A stretch of 64,000 nt of DNA from Callorhinchus milii (taxonomy: Eukaryota). The stretch is from positions 74,650,001-74,714,000 of the forward strand of contig NW_024704742.1 of assembly GCF_018977255.1 (NCBI RefSeq), in the 5' to 3' direction. A program made the translations under genes and the position numbers. Under the pieces are notes generated by a model. It worked only from the letters and a program-made list of their open reading frames with translations. It was not told where the DNA came from and did not search any database. Below, one piece after another: positions 1 through 13,386 of this stretch; the stretch's first letter is position 1; each line of letters starts with the position of its first letter.

Positions 1-199
1 CTGCAGACATGTGTAGCAGATGTCGCCCAACTCTTTTTTCTGCCTTTACTCTCAATTTCGGAACCACTGCTGTTCTGATCAGTTGCCTATTGGAACATCA
101 AGTCCTGGATGAGCTCGAGCTTTCTCCAGTTAAATGTCAACAAGAAAGATTCTCCCCTGCTTGGCTCCTTTTAGAGCCTTCTCACATCAGGCACTGACA

Positions 200-945
200 G
201 TATCAAGATACACCAATACACACTCCATCTCATGGAGCCAGGGCAGAACCTCAATAGCTTGTTTGACTCTCAACTGTCCTTTAAACTGTCATCCATGCTC
301 TGTCCCATTAGCTTTCCCCCACCTCCTCAACAATGCCTGCTATCACCATTACCTTTCTTCTTAGGAAGCTGGGAACCTCATTCACCTTTATCATGTCCAA
401 GCTTAACCACGCCAAACCTGTTTGTTGGATTCCCCAACTCTTCCCTATGCAAGCTGCAGCTGCAGATTATCCAAAACTTTGCAACTTGTATCCTTTCCCA
501 CACCAAGCTCTGTGAACCTATCATCTTCATCCTTGCTGAACTCCATGGCTCTCCATCCCCCAATGGTTCAAATTCAGCATCCTCATTTTCACCTTTAAAT
601 CAATCCACGCTTTCACCTCACCCTTCCTCTCTGATCTCATTCAACCCTACTAACCCGACCGATCCCTTGCCTCAGCGAGCACTGCCTGCTTCATGTGCCT
701 TATCCATCCTACCATCACTGGGCAGGTTTTCAGCTATTCCATTCCCACTCTCTGGAACTCCATCCTCGGACTCCCTCCCCTCTTTCAAGCACGTCTCAAA
801 ACGTACCTCTTTGACAGCAATTTTGGTCATTTTTTCCTTCCTCAACCCTCTCGACTTCCACCCCAGCTTAAGTGCCAATCCAACACTGTGAATGTGCTTT
901 GGGATATCCTCCTAACACGAAAGCTGCTGTACAAATGTAGATTGT
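200..945 (+). mobile_element. Degraded 5'-truncated L2 LINE (ORF2 C-terminus plus 3' tail)
   Basis: ORF fragments LQIIQNFATCILSHTKL and LWNSIL..LKTYLFD match the other L2 copies in the window; tail gtgctttgggatatcctcctaacacgaaag. Confidence 0.8.
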
Positions 946-2859
946 ATTGTACACAGTCACTATACTTTACTGATATCCTGTGAAATATATTGAGACGTCC
1001 TCTTCAGATGTGAAAGATGCTATATCAAACGTAACAATTATTTTAAAGAATACGCAGAGTTTTCCTGTGGCTCTCATGCACTAACACCACATCATCTATT
1101 ACAAGTTTCACTTAAAATGAAACATTATACAGCCTCGTCACTTAATACTAAAAGCATGTGAAGTTTCACAACAAAGCTTATAACATATACATGTGAATAA
1201 ATGAAAGATAATAATATGTAGGCAGACCTTAAGAAAAGGTAGTTTCTAAACTTCTAAATATAAAGCTTTGCTCACATTTATATGTCTAAAGAAAACACAC
1301 ATAAGAATAATTGTTCTGTTCATCTGAAATTTTGGCCTAAATCTGACACATTTACCCCATATGAAAATAACAGAATATCAGCACTGCGTTTACTGAGATG
1401 TTATCCAATGTAAAGAATACAATGCATATTGTTGTTTGTATATTTAAGATACAAGATGTAAAAGTATATTTTATTTGTAGTAATGCTGATAAAAGCAATG
1501 GAATTTGTAGTATAAAGCAATGCTGGGATCTAAGGGACCAATTAAACAAAATTAAGATTTTGATAGTAGCACTATTTTTTTTATTGTATAAAAAGTGATC
1601 ATAGAATTTCTTATATTGTAAAAGAAATTGCTGCTGACATCATAAAATTTGATCATGAATTCCACTGCTGTCCAATGGAATTTTGAGCGGAATGTTTGTT
1701 AAGATAAAAAATGTGTCGAAAAAAGCAGGTTATATAAATAGCTAACCCCCAGCGTTAATGTTATGCATTCCGCATCAGATACTGATTTTGTTTTATAATT
1801 TCTATCTGGATACATTTTAATTCTGCTTCTTATTTCAGAAGTGTTAGTTTAATTATGCCTGTCCAGGGTTTTGTGTTCCAAGCTTCTGTTCCACCAGATA
1901 GATATTGCCAATTATAGACTGGAACATTCAATAGGTTTTTTTTCTTTTTCATTATCCCAGTTGTATATTATGCAAAACCATTTCATTAGATGGATATCAT
2001 TAGATGGACAGCACTGTGGGACATCCTCCTGAGGTGAAAGGCAATATATAAATGCAATGTGTTGTTGTTGTTAAAGACCCCAAGGCACTATTTGAAAAGA
2101 GAAGGGAGTTTCCCCCAGTTCCGAACCATCAATCCCCCAAAATAAAATTGATCATTTACTTCATGGCAGTTTGTGGGACACAAATGGGCTGCTGTGTTTG
2201 CCAACAAATAAATAATCACTCCACTTTACAGTAAATCTTGTGAAGTGCTTTGAGATGTCCTTTTGACGTGAAAGTGGTATACCAAATGCAAGAAGTATTA
2301 TTATTATGGTTAGTAGTAGACAATCTGACAGACATGAGCTTGAGCCCTGTCAGGCATCACAGAATATACTGTAAAGTGAATTGACTGTATATTTTTTTCA
2401 TCCTCGTGTCAGGAGGATGTCCCAAGGGCTTCACTGAATATATCCTGTAAAGCGGCAGCAAAGTTGCACAAACAGCCATGAACTGAATGACCAATTTTAT
2501 TGGGGGATTAGTGGCCAGGTTGCCGAGAAAGACAATTGTTTTTTAATCTCTGGGATCTGTAATGAAGGAGGTAAATTTGAATAAATGCTTTTCTTCGATT
2601 ACTTATATCTTCTTATGCCTGCAGATGATATTTATTTGTTTAATTATTTATTTGTTTTATTATTTTAGTCAGTTGGGTGTCTGATATCTGCAGAAGCTCA
2701 TCACAATATCTCAGAGTATTCTAACCAGAATGAACGTTCCATGTAGAGAGTCAGTTTCACAAATATATAATTAGTGAATGACCTCAGTACCCCTCCACCC
2801 CTCTCAATTACTATAATTCTCAGGTGGAAACTATAAAGTTCAGACTGGAGTCCTGTGGT

Positions 2860-3320
2860 GAAGAGGAGGTTTATCAAAATGAGCTCAGGGATTGTGAGAA
2901 GAGATTGGAGAAAATAATAATAAAAATAATCCTTGCATTTGATATAATGCTTTTTCACGTCTTTAGACGTCCCAAAGCTCCTCACAGAATATACTGTAAA
3001 GTGAATTGACTGTATATTTGTGGGCGAAACGCAACAGCCAATTGTGCACAGTCGTGTCCCACAAACAGTCATAGATTAAAGTGACCAATTTATTATTGTG
3101 AGAAGTATTTTCATCCAGTAAGAAGTATTTTCACTGGAGTTTAGAGGGTTGAGAGGGGAGCTGCTAGAGGTGTACAGAATTATGAAAGGTTTTAACAGGG
3201 TGATAGGGAGAAGCTATTTCCACTAGATAGGAGAGTCAGTGACAAATGGAGATAGTTATAAATTAGCCATAAGAGCAAAAGGAAAGCTTGGGAGAAGTTT
3301 TTTTGTGAGAAACAGTGTGC
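2860..3320 (+). mobile_element. CR1 LINE 3' fragment, interrupted by a SINE tail (about 2915-3100, minus strand)
   Basis: Encodes LFSLEFRGLRGELLEVYRIMKGFNRV-like CR1 ORF2 terminus, similar to the copy at 49960-50490. Confidence 0.65.
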
Positions 3321-3615
3321 TAGGGGTGGGGGAGACACTGAACTGGGGGCAGGCACTGAGCTGGGGTGGGGGAGAGACATTGAGCTCAGGGTTGAGACAC
3401 TGAGCTGGGGTAGGGGGGAATACTGAGCTGGGTGAGTGGGGTAGAGACACTGAGCTTGGTGGGGTGTAGAGACCCCTAGCTGGGGGGTGAGAGACACTGA
3501 GCTGGGTGGAGGGGAGAGACACTGATCTGGGTGGAGGGGAGAGACACTGAGCTGGTGGGGGGGTGGAGATTCACTGAGCTGGGTGGGGGATGTGGGCAGA
3601 GAGACACGGAGGTGA
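3320..3615. repeat. Degenerate G-rich minisatellite, unit about 20-25 bp (ggggagagacactgagctgggt)
   Basis: About 12 tandem copies of the gacactgagctgg core are visible. Confidence 0.85.
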
Positions 3616-3789
3616 GACGCTTTTGTTTCTGACACTTGAAGAGACAGAAGCGCTCTGGGACGCTAAGTCTCTGTGTGAAGGGCGCTATATAAATGCAAGT
3701 TGTTGGGTGGGGGTGTGTAGAAGGGGAAAGCAATTTCCCAAAAACAACTGGGAATATTCTGTTCAGCAGTACATGCATTGTCTTGGGCA

Positions 3790-4686
3790 TGTTGGTTCCA
3801 CATGTATGCGGATGACAGCCAACTGTATCTCTCTGCGTCCACCCTTGACTCCAGGACCACTGCTCTCCTGACAGAATGTCTGTCAGACATCAAGTCCTGG
3901 ATGAGAGCTAACTTTCTTCAGTTGAACGTCAACAAGACCGAGGCTCTCCTGATTGGCTCCCGTCAGCGCCTTCTCACCTCAGGCGCTGATAGCATCACCA
4001 TCTATGGATGCACACTCCACCTCACTGAGCCAGTCCAGAACCCTGGGTCTTGTTTGACCCTCAACTATCCTTTCTACCCCACATCCATGCCATGACCCGT
4101 TCTGCCTTCCCCCACCTCCGCAACATCGCCCGGCTCCGCCACTGTCTCACATCGCAGACCGCCAAAACCCTGATACATGCATTCACAACATCCAGGCTCT
4201 ACCATGCAAACTCCTTGCCTGTCGGCCTCTCCAACTCCTCCCTCCATAGGTTGCAGATCATCCAGAACTCTGCAGCCAGTGTCCTCTCCCACACCAGGCT
4301 CCACAATCCTATCACCCCCATCCTCACCCAACTCCACTGGCTTCCCATCACACAGAGGATACAGTTCAAGATCTTGGTCCTCACCTTCAAAACCCTCCAT
4401 AGCCTTGCTCCCCCCCATCTCTGTGACCTCCTAACTCCCTACAATCCTGTCCACTCCCTACACTCAGCAGGTTCCGGCCTGCTTCACATCCCCAACTTGC
4501 CCACATCTCAAGTCCCATCTGAAGACCCTCCTCTTCAACTGCTTTTGATCACCCTGCTTCTCCACCTTGTCCTCCACCCTCCCCAATCCCAACCCCCAGC
4601 TTGGGTTCTAAACACTGGCTGTCCAGCGCCTTGGGACGTGCTTCTGATGTGAAAGACGCTATATATATTTAATTTTGTTGTTGTTG
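3790..4686 (+). mobile_element. 5'-truncated L2 LINE (subfamily A)
   Basis: RT motif HMYADDSQLY and [16 protein letters not shown]; tail cagcgccttgggacgtg...(ttg)n. Confidence 0.9.
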
Positions 4687-4737
4687 GTCACTCGTGTGAT
4701 TTCTCATTATTGTTGCACATCGATGAACCACATCTTT

Positions 4738-5065
4738 CAACAACAACTTGCACTTATATAACGCCTCCCACACAGGTAGCATCTCAGAGCGCTTAACAAT
4801 GGCAGTACTTGACTCTGAGCCGGGGTGGGGTGGGGGTCGGTGGATGGTGACTGTATGGTTGAAAAGGAAGTTTTTCAAGCAGGACTTGAAAAAGGGGAGA
4901 GAGGGGAAAAAGCGGAGAGATTGAGTGAGAGTTTTCCAGAGTTTCGGAGCATAATGGCTGAATGCATGACCTCTGATGGTGAAGCAGAGGATGTGAGGGA
5001 CAAGCAGGAGGCCGGTGCCAGTTGAGCAGAGGTGCTGGGTGGTGGATTGGGGAGTGAGGAGGTAG
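4738..5065 (-). mobile_element. L2 LINE 3' end (subfamily B tail)
   Basis: TIRGHAFSHYAPKLWKTL..LKNFLF; tail ttaagcgctctgagatgctacc...gcaagttgttg. Confidence 0.8.
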
Positions 5066-5759
5066 TGAGTGAAGGGATTTGAACATGTCCTCTCCCACAC
5101 CAGGCTCTGTGACACCATCACCTCCATCCTTGTCCGGCTCCACTGGCTCCCCATCCCCCAGAGGATAGAGTTCAAAATCCTCCTCTTCAACTGCTCCTTC
5201 GGCAACCCTCCTACCCTCTTCCTCAACTGAGCCTTTAACCACTCTCCTATCCTCCTCTTCAACCGAGCCTTCAGCCATCCTCCTACCCTCCCTGCCCTCC
5301 ACCATCCCCGATCCTGTCCCTAACTCAGGTCCAAATCCCTGATGGTCCAGCGCCTTGGGACGTCCTCCCTACGTGAAAGGTGCTATACAGATGTAATTTT
5401 GTATTGTATTGTAAGACATAGGAGCTGTGGTTTCCATTCTTCCCGTCTTCCAGTGATTTAATTGCTGCGCATTTCTGTTAAGCAATCAATCAGAGAGTGT
5501 AGTACAATGTGAATCCATTATTATTTCCTTCAGCATTAACATGAAGCTATTTTGTTTTACTCATCCTGATTGTTCTGCTGCTGCACCGTTTGACTTCAGT
5601 AAAAATTATGTTGTTGAATCTTATCTAAGTGGTCTTTTCATTCAAAAGGTTTCAGTATCAATGAGGGTACTGCACCTGCCAGCAGTCAAAAACTTGCAAA
5701 GGAACTTAGATTGAGTTTCTATGTTGCTGCTGTGTAGCACCTTGCTGTGATCCATTTGA

Positions 5760-6520
5760 ATGTTTCACAGAAATATCCTCAATGATTGAGGATATTTATG
5801 TGAAACTGGCAGGAGCAAGGTGGTTTCCAACAATGGACTACTCAAATGGATGTTGGCAAGTCATATTAGCAGAAGAGAGCTTATTCCTGACTATTTAATA
5901 TACCATTTGAATTATATTAGATTCATCAGGATGCTGTTTGGGATTATATTAAACCAAGAGTATTCCAGAGATAACTAATGGGAGCATCAGAAGCTTTAGA
6001 AGGGACAGCTAATTATATTTATGGGGCTACAGGCAAGGAGGATGAGACTATGCTAGGTGTTAGAAAGGTGAGGAAGGTAAGAATCAAATTAAAGAAAGAA
6101 AACTGCAAGATGAAGAAAACAAAGTATGATACTTGGGCCATATAATATCAGAAAGAGGGGTGGACCTAGATCCTGAGAAGGTTATAGTGAGGATAAAGAA
6201 GCAACAAATAGAATACGAGGGATGATGAATTGGTTGGCCAGATTCATTGCAAATGTAGCAACAAGATCAGAGGCACTGAAGGTAAACTTGAAAAACAAAA
6301 ATGAATTTAAGTGAGAAATAGGGTCGACCAAAGCATTAGGACACCAGAGGAGCACTCAGCAAAGCACCGGTGCTGAAATGTTACAATGTCGAGGAAGAGG
6401 TGACAATATCAGTTGATGCAATTAGGAATGGAGCAGTTGAAGAAAGGGCAACCGATAGCATATGTACACAAGCGTGAGGACACTGACTCAGACCGAACAA
6501 AGCTATGTACATGTGAATTC
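5760..6520 (+). mobile_element. Decayed Ty3/Gypsy LTR-retrotransposon pol fragment (RT to RNase H)
   Basis: Manual translation gives IEDIYVKLAGARWFPTMDYSNGCWQV and APVLKCYNVEEEVTISVDA..GQPIAY, with stops and frameshifts. Confidence 0.75.
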
Positions 6521-6539
6521 AGCCCATCTAGTCTACACC

Positions 6540-7137
6540 GGTTCATTACAACGAGGCTCAACTATGCAAACTTATTGCTTGTCGGCCTCCCCAACTCCTC
6601 TCTCCAGAGGCTGCAGATCATCCAGAACTCTGCAGCCCATGTCCCCTCCAGCACTAGGCTCCATGACCCTATCACCCCCATCCTCGCCCAACTCCACTGG
6701 CTTCCCATCACACAGAGGATAAAGTTCAAGATCCTGGTCCTCATCTTCAAAGCCCTCCATGGTCTTGCTCCCCACTACCTCTGCGAACTCCTAACCCCTG
6801 ACCATCCTGTTCACTCCCTCCACTCAGCGGGCTCCAGCCTGCTTCACATCCCCCACTTTGCTTGCCCCACTATTGGCGGGCAGGCTTTCCACAACTCCAT
6901 CTCCACCCTCTGGAACTCCATCCCGCAGTCCCTCCGTCTCACCTCCTCCCTCGCCACCTTCAAGACCCATCTCAAGACCCTCCTCTTCGACTGTACTTTT
7001 GATCTCCCCCTTACCCCCGTGCCCTCCACCTTTCTCCAACCCTACCCCCAGCTCGGGTCCTTAACTCTGTCTGTCCAGCGCCTTGCGACATCCTCCCGAC
7101 GTGAAAGGCGCTTTACAAATCTAATTTTGTTGTTGTT
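6540..7137 (+). mobile_element. L2 LINE 3' fragment (subfamily A)
   Basis: FITTRLNYANLLLVGLP..LHWLPITQRIKFKIL..LKTLLFD followed by a (ttg)n tail. Confidence 0.9.
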
Positions 7138-7716
7138 TAATACTTGCCACAGACTGTGGGTCAGAGACAGACAGACCCAAGTCTAAATCTTTCGCAACAC
7201 TGATGCAGCCTCCAGCTGCCCCTTGTGGTGCTAAATTTATTGCCGTAGATTTAATTTATTTAACAATAGAAGAGTAATAGAGAATTCAAGATCAAAATTT
7301 CAGAAACATCAAGAAAATAACTCAAGAGGATACAGATTGAAAGGTGTGAGAGCAAGTTTAGGATAGATACCATAACGCATTTATAAAGCAAAATGGGTTG
7401 CCAGGAAGGGTGGTTGGAGCCAGGTGACTGGACCTATTTAAGAAACAGCTTGATAGTGTAATGGGAAGATGGTAGGGTGGGTGTTCTCAATGGATTAATT
7501 AAATAGGTCAAAGGTCTTCTTCATCCATAATCCCCTTGTAGTTTTGTGCCTAAATAATAATCCGTACATTTGATAGAGTATCTTTAACATTGGTTGCACT
7601 TGAGGAACTTCCTCTTCGACCATGTCCATGGTCACCTTTCCCCTCCCCCTGGCTTGGCCCTGTTTGAGAAATATCCACAAGCAGGATAAGCAATATTTTT
7701 GTGTTTCCCTTCCAGA

Positions 7717-8065
7717 AACAACAACAACAACTTGCACTTAGATAGTGCCCTCCACGCAGGGTAGCATCTCAGGGCGCTTAATAACAGTGGTAGAACCAGA
7801 CTCCGAGCTGGGGTGGGGGGTGATGGCCGTAAGCACGGTCGAAGATGAAGGTTTTCAGGCGGGACTTAGAAAAAGGGGAAAGATGGGCAAGGTGAAGGGA
7901 TTGAGGGAGAGCGTTCCAGAGTTTTGGGGCGTAGCGTCTGAAAGCGCGACCTCCGATGGTGGGGTGGAGTGTGCGAGGGATGAACAGGAGGCCTGTGCCA
8001 GTCGAGCGGAGGTGCCGGGTGGTGGATTGGGAAGTGATGAGTCGGAGAGGTAGGGAGGTGCCAGG
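7717..8065 (-). mobile_element. L2 LINE 3' end (subfamily B)
   Basis: TIGGRAFRRYAPKLWNALP..LKTFIFD and the subfamily B tail. Confidence 0.85.
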
Positions 8066-8763
8066 AATAGAGAGAAATTGCCAAAGAGGAGGACAAAGAG
8101 AGTGATTGAAAGAGAGAGAGAGCATGAGAGAGGGAGAGACCATAAACATAACATTTACATAAAGCCCTTTTCACATCAGAAGACTGTCTCAAAGCGCTGG
8201 GCTTTCTCCATGGTCTCTCTCTCTCTGGGCTGCGATTTTCATACAGCCTTACCCATCTGCCTATTCAGGTGACCAACAAAGATCCCATATCACTATTCCA
8301 AAATGCTGAATAAAATGCAAAGATTATTATTATTATTAAGCATTATTACATAGCATCACCATTATTTGCTTAACAGAGAAACTGAGAGATAAAAGCGCTC
8401 TATCAACTGCAAGGATTATTATTATTATTTTATTTGTAACTGTAGAGCTTGTAGTTTGCAAACTGCAAAGCTTAGTTTGGGAGAGGATACTATAGGATTT
8501 TACAAATTTATGTCTTGCAGTGAAGTATGAACTGACACAAAATTTCCTTTAATTAGTATGATGTTTAATAAAAGTTAACATGGTTATACAGTTAATCAAA
8601 TGTATGATTATAATTTGTAACAAATAATAATCGTTGCATTTGTTATAGCACTTTTCATGTCTTCTAGACGTCTCAAAGCGCTTCACAGAATATACTGTAA
8701 AGTGAATTGACTGTATACTTGTGGGCGAAATGTGGCAGCCAATTGCGAACAGCAGTGTCCCGC

Positions 8764-9289
8764 TGTCGAGGGAAGCTCAGGGTTGAGAAAACAGGCAGTT
8801 GCAAAATTGAGCAACAGCGTTGTGTGAGGCAAATAGATGTTTAGCAAGAGATAGTAACATAGTCAGTAGACTGCAAAATCACAGGGGAAAAGTGAGTCAA
8901 GGGTCGTTACGAACATGTTGCAAACACCCATGTGACGAGTGGTCAGTGCCTGATCAGTGCATGATCAGGAGCATGATGAGTTGTGATTGGGACAGAGAGA
9001 GGGGGTGAGGTGCATGGTGTGTCTTATTTGTTAGTAGAAACTGATGCGATAGGGAAGTAAAACATTATTTAATCTAGAGCAAGGGGCTTAAGCGGTACAG
9101 TCGGAGGTAGAAGAGCATCAGGGTACTTTTGCAAACATCTTCACTGTCTGGCGTCAGAAGATCGGGTAATATCTTTTAGAATCTGCATTTCCTAGGTTGA
9201 CTGTATACCTCTTTGTTAATAAAATTACATTGCACCATATTGGGTTGTCTGGTCATTGATTCAAACCTTGGGGATCGGAAATCTCAACA
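8764..9289 (+). mobile_element. Solo LTR (probably Gypsy), 526 bp
   Basis: TG...CA ends, short inverted termini tgtcgag/ctcaaca, 4-bp TSD ccgc/ccac, internal AATAAA near 9218. Confidence 0.75.
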
Positions 9290-9304
9290 CCACAGACAGT
9301 CATC

Positions 9305-11296
9305 AACAACAACAACAACAACAAGATTCCATTTATAAAGCGCCTTTCACGTCAGGAGGATGTCCCAAGGCGCTGCACCGTTGGGTCATGACCCGAGCAG
9401 TGGGGAAATGGTCAGGGTGAGGGGAGGGAAGGGAGGGAGCGAGGAGGGGGGAAATGGTCAGGGTGAGGGGAGGGAAGGGAGGGAGCGAGGAGGGGGAAGA
9501 GAGTCGAGAGGGGAGCTGAAGGCTCAGTCAAAGAGAAAGGTTTTGAGACCGGCCTTGAAGGAGGAAAGGGAGGAGGCGGCGAAGGCACTGGGGGATAGAG
9601 TTCCAGAGCCTGGGGCTGAGAGGCTGAAGGCCCGACCACCGATGGTAGGGCGATTGGGGCGGGGGACGTGGAGCAGACCGGAGCCGGAGGAACGGAGGGT
9701 ACGGGCAGGTAGGTAGGGGGATAGTAGGTCAGAGAGGTAGGAGGGAGCAAGGCCGTGAATGGCCTTGTAGGTGAGGATGAGGATCTTGAAATCAATCCTC
9801 TGGGGGATGGGGAGCCAGTGGAGGCGAGCGAGGGTGGGAGTGATGTGGTCGCGGTGCCTGGTGCGGGACAGTACACGAGCTGCAGAGTTCTGAATGACCT
9901 GCAGCTTGTGGAGGGAGGTGGCGGGAAGGCCGGCGAGGAGAGAGTTCCCATAGTCCAGCCTTGAGGTGACAAAGGCGTGAACCAGGGTTTCAGCAGCGTG
10001 AGGGGTGAGGTAATGCCGTAGTCTGGCGATGTTCCGGAGGTGATGGAAGGCGGTGCCAGTTGTGGTGCGGATGTGAGGGAGAAAGGACAGCTCAGGGTCG
10101 AACAAAACGCCGAGGTTCCTGACTGGCTTTGAGAGGTGGAGAGTGCAGCCTTGGATGCTGATGGTGTCGGCGCCTGAGGTGCGGAGGCGCTGACGTGAGC
10201 CAATCAGGAGGGCCTCGGTTTTTCGCACGTTGAGCTGAAGAAAGTTGTCTCTCGTCCAGGACTCGATGTCGGACAGGCAGCTGTCAGGACATCGGTGGTC
10301 GTGGAGTTGAGAGTAGAGGAGGAAAGGTAGAGTTGGGTGTCATCCGCATACATGTGGAAGTTAACTCCATGTCTGCGGATGATGTCACCAAGGGGGAGCA
10401 TATAGAGGGTGAAGAGGAGGGGACCGAGGACAGAGCCCTGAGGGACACCACATGAGACAGTGCGGGGGTGGAGGAGAAGCCATTTGTCGAGACAAAGTGA
10501 AGACGGTGAGAAAGGTACGACCTAAACCACTCAAGGACAGTGCCTTGAAGGTTGAGGTGGGAGGACAAGCGGTGGAGTAGGATAGCGTGGTCGACCGTAT
10601 CGAATGCTGCCGATAGGTCGAGGAGGACGAGGAGGCAGAGGGAGCCCTGGTCACAGATGGTCAGGATATCATTGGTGACCTTGACCAGGGCAGTTTCTGT
10701 GCTATGGGCAGCACGGAAACCTGACTGAAGGGGTTCGAAAAGTGAATGGGTGGAAAGGAAAGAGCGCAGTTGGGAGGCGACAACTCTTTCCAGGACCTTG
10801 GAGAGAAAGGGGAGGTTGGAGATGGGCCGGTAGCTTGATAGCTGCGACGCATCAAGGGAGGGTTTTTTCAGGGTGGGCGTGATGGTGGCAGTTTTTAAGG
10901 GAATGGGGACAGAGCCAGAGGAGAGGGACAGGTTGACAATGTCGGTGATATGTGGGGCAAGAAAGTGGAGCTGGGAGATAAGGAGTGGAGTGGGGATGGG
11001 GTCAAGGGAGCAGGTGGTTGGTTTCAGGGATAGGATGAGTTTGGTGACAGAGGGTGGGGAAACGGGTACAAAAGTGAGTAGGGGAGGATGGGTAGCAGTC
11101 GGAGTGTGGGAGTGAGGGGGTGGGGGGTTGGTGGATGTTGGAGGGGAAGTGACCGCGGAGCGAATTCCCTTGATCTTGGATTCAAGGAAATCCAGCATCT
11201 CCTCGCAGTGAAGGTTGGAGGAGATGACCTGCGCGGGGTGGCGGGGGGGACGGAGGAGTCGGGTTGTGGTGGAAAACAGTAGCCTGGGGTTGTTCT
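9305..11296 (-). mobile_element. Young 2 kb 5'-truncated L2 LINE with RT domain (two frameshifts)
   Basis: ORFs 10284-11198, 10204-10401 and 9524-10228: [37 protein letters not shown]; (caa)n tail. Confidence 0.95.
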
Positions 11297-11519
11297 GAAG
11301 TGACCAATTTATTATTGTTTTTTTTCTTGTGGGATTATTATCATGTGCGTGGAGTTAGGAAACTTGCCAAGGTTTTGCCCTGCCGGAAATCGAACCCAGG
11401 TCTCTCACTTGCGAGGCGAGTGCTCTAACCACGGAACTACAAGACTCCACGATTTCGGAGTACAATTCACAGCAATAAATTGATCAGATTGTTTTTTGGT
11501 CAGCTGTTGTTTTTTGACA

Positions 11520-11720
11520 CATGCGGAAACCCATCCCCATGCTTAAGAGTATCCAAACCAAGCTGAGATTTCCATGTATCCCACCTACACATGGAAATCC
11601 CAGAGATAGATTGTCGGTATGGAATACGCACTCTCTCCCTGGAGGGACGTGTTCTGCTTGGGATATCCTCCCGACGTGAAAGGCGCTATACAAATGTAAT
11701 CTTCTTGTTGTTGCTTACCT
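11520..11720. repeat. Unclassified interspersed repeat, copy 1 (with an inserted L2 tail)
   Basis: catgcggaaacccatccccatgcttaagagtatcc... is shared with 24300-24690 and 38372-38930. Confidence 0.7.
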
Positions 11721-12432
11721 AATTCTGGAAAGTCAAAATAGCTTTATCTTGTCACTGATATCCATAGCTGTCATCTTTTATCAGTCCCAACAGCTTGTTT
11801 CCAACAATAGTTCCAAGGTAATTAATACCACAGATTCAAAAGTTTGTTTTAACCATTTGTTGTGTGGTTAAAAGCATATATTCAAAGTCAATCATTCAGA
11901 CCTTTGTTCTCATCAGCATCCTGACACTTCTTCTTTTGCCTTAGCAGCAGCCATGTATCTGCATCAGAGATTCCTCAGAGTCAGCTTTATTATCACTAAC
12001 AAGCGCATAAGGCCTCGCGTTCTTTTTCATTGGTCAATTTGTAATACAGGTGAACTTTGGGATTGCTTACAATATGGTTGTGAAGTTCTGTATAGTCTGG
12101 AGTTGGTGGAGCTGAGAAATCCAGAGAAAAGGGTTTGGGAAATGTTGAGGTAGTATCGAAAGCAGATGACATTGAGAAATGGTACTTGCTAGAGCACAGA
12201 TAAAATATTATGAAGAAGAATAAGAGTCGAAACAAATTGTCAATACCTTCTGGGTAAATAACTATTTTGTGATGTCTGTTCTGAAATTGCCCTTTGCAAC
12301 ACTGAACCTGTGTCCTCTTTTTCTGCTGTCTCAGTGTATCCGAAAGTATTGTTTTGAGTTTACTTTACCAATGCCATTTAACTTATATATTGCTACAAAG
12401 GTTCCTTCATTTCAAGCCCTATTTGTCTAATC

Positions 12433-13386
12433 GAGTGGTGGCCAACCTATGGCTAAGGACCAGAAGTGGCTTGCAGGGCCGTCAAGATGTTTCCCCTTCC
12501 CCGATGTTGGGATTCCCGATCCCGAGGTTCGAATAATGACCCGACAAATCCAAGCAGAACTTATACTACCAGTCAGTCAGTTGCGATGGTTTCAGCACAC
12601 CTTCTCTCTGATGGTTCGGCTGCCCTCTTTGTCTGGCTGGATCTGCTGCCTTACTTGCCTAAAGTCAGGGTAGTTATACTTTTTCCACCTAGGGATCTTC
12701 CCCCCTTCTTCTCTAATCAAGCATCTTAGCTCGTACCCAACTTACTCGACCCTTGCACATCCTTGTACCCATATCTTCCAGATAAGCAAACCCTTTTGAG
12801 ACAAAGCAGCTTGCTCATTTTTGTTCAACATATGACATCTTGCTTCTCGCTTCCAAGGCCGGAGCCTGTCTCTGTCTGGTAGAAACATTTAAGGTGATTG
12901 GCATGTGTTCACAGAATACTGAGCAGCTTTACTTAGGTGCCCTCATGGAATGCAGATTTCCTAGGCCCTTCTTGAAGCCTGTTCTATGCCTTCTCTTACC
13001 ATCACAACTGACTGACCATTGACCTTTCAGAACCAGGATGGCTTATTCTGCCAATTCCTAAAATGTTAGTAAAACAGTTTCTAATTACGACTAACAGTTT
13101 CTTTCTCCCCCTGTTTTCTTCCGTCTTGCATATATGGATATCGATATACATATTATATATACACATTCACTATTAATTCTTCTATTGCTCTTCTTACAAA
13201 CTATATTAAAATCAACCTTTTCTAACACTGAACATTGGCGCTAATCTAGGTAAGTATGTGTTCGATTAATCAATGAGTTTCCAGTTTTTTCTTGATTGAA
13301 TTTTCTTCATTTACGGCATCAATCAAGAAATATTCAATCAAGAAAATGTATTTTGTTAGCAGACCATAAAAGGGTAGGCAACACCA
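12433..13386. mobile_element. Possible old non-autonomous hAT element containing an LTR-like insert starting at 12505
   Basis: Flanking 8-mers gtctaatc/gtttaatc; degenerate TIRs gagtggtggccaacct versus rc tggtgttgcctaccct; 12505-12555 is the inverted counterpart of the end of LTR 8764-9289. Confidence 0.4.

Larger units (their letters stand above)
8625..11449 (-). mobile_element. tRNA-head SINE split into three pieces (8625-8763, 9290-9304, 11297-11449) by an LTR and an L2
   Basis: The pieces rejoin into the SINE seen intact at 33727-34022 (gtgtcccac/aaacagtcat/tgaagtgacc). Confidence 0.8.

Noticed and set aside
7205..7232. CTCF-like motif (also near 49543)
   Set aside because: Several mismatches to the core consensus; not supportable by eye
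9360..10654. Many overlapping ORFs in alternative frames of L2 copies
   Set aside because: By-products of the C-rich, stop-poor L2 sequence; they repeat in every L2 copy
11297..11449. Second apparent SINE-head/L2 chimera
   Set aside because: The rest of the SINE is present on the other side of the L2 (9290-9304 and 8625-8763), so it is a simple nested insertion
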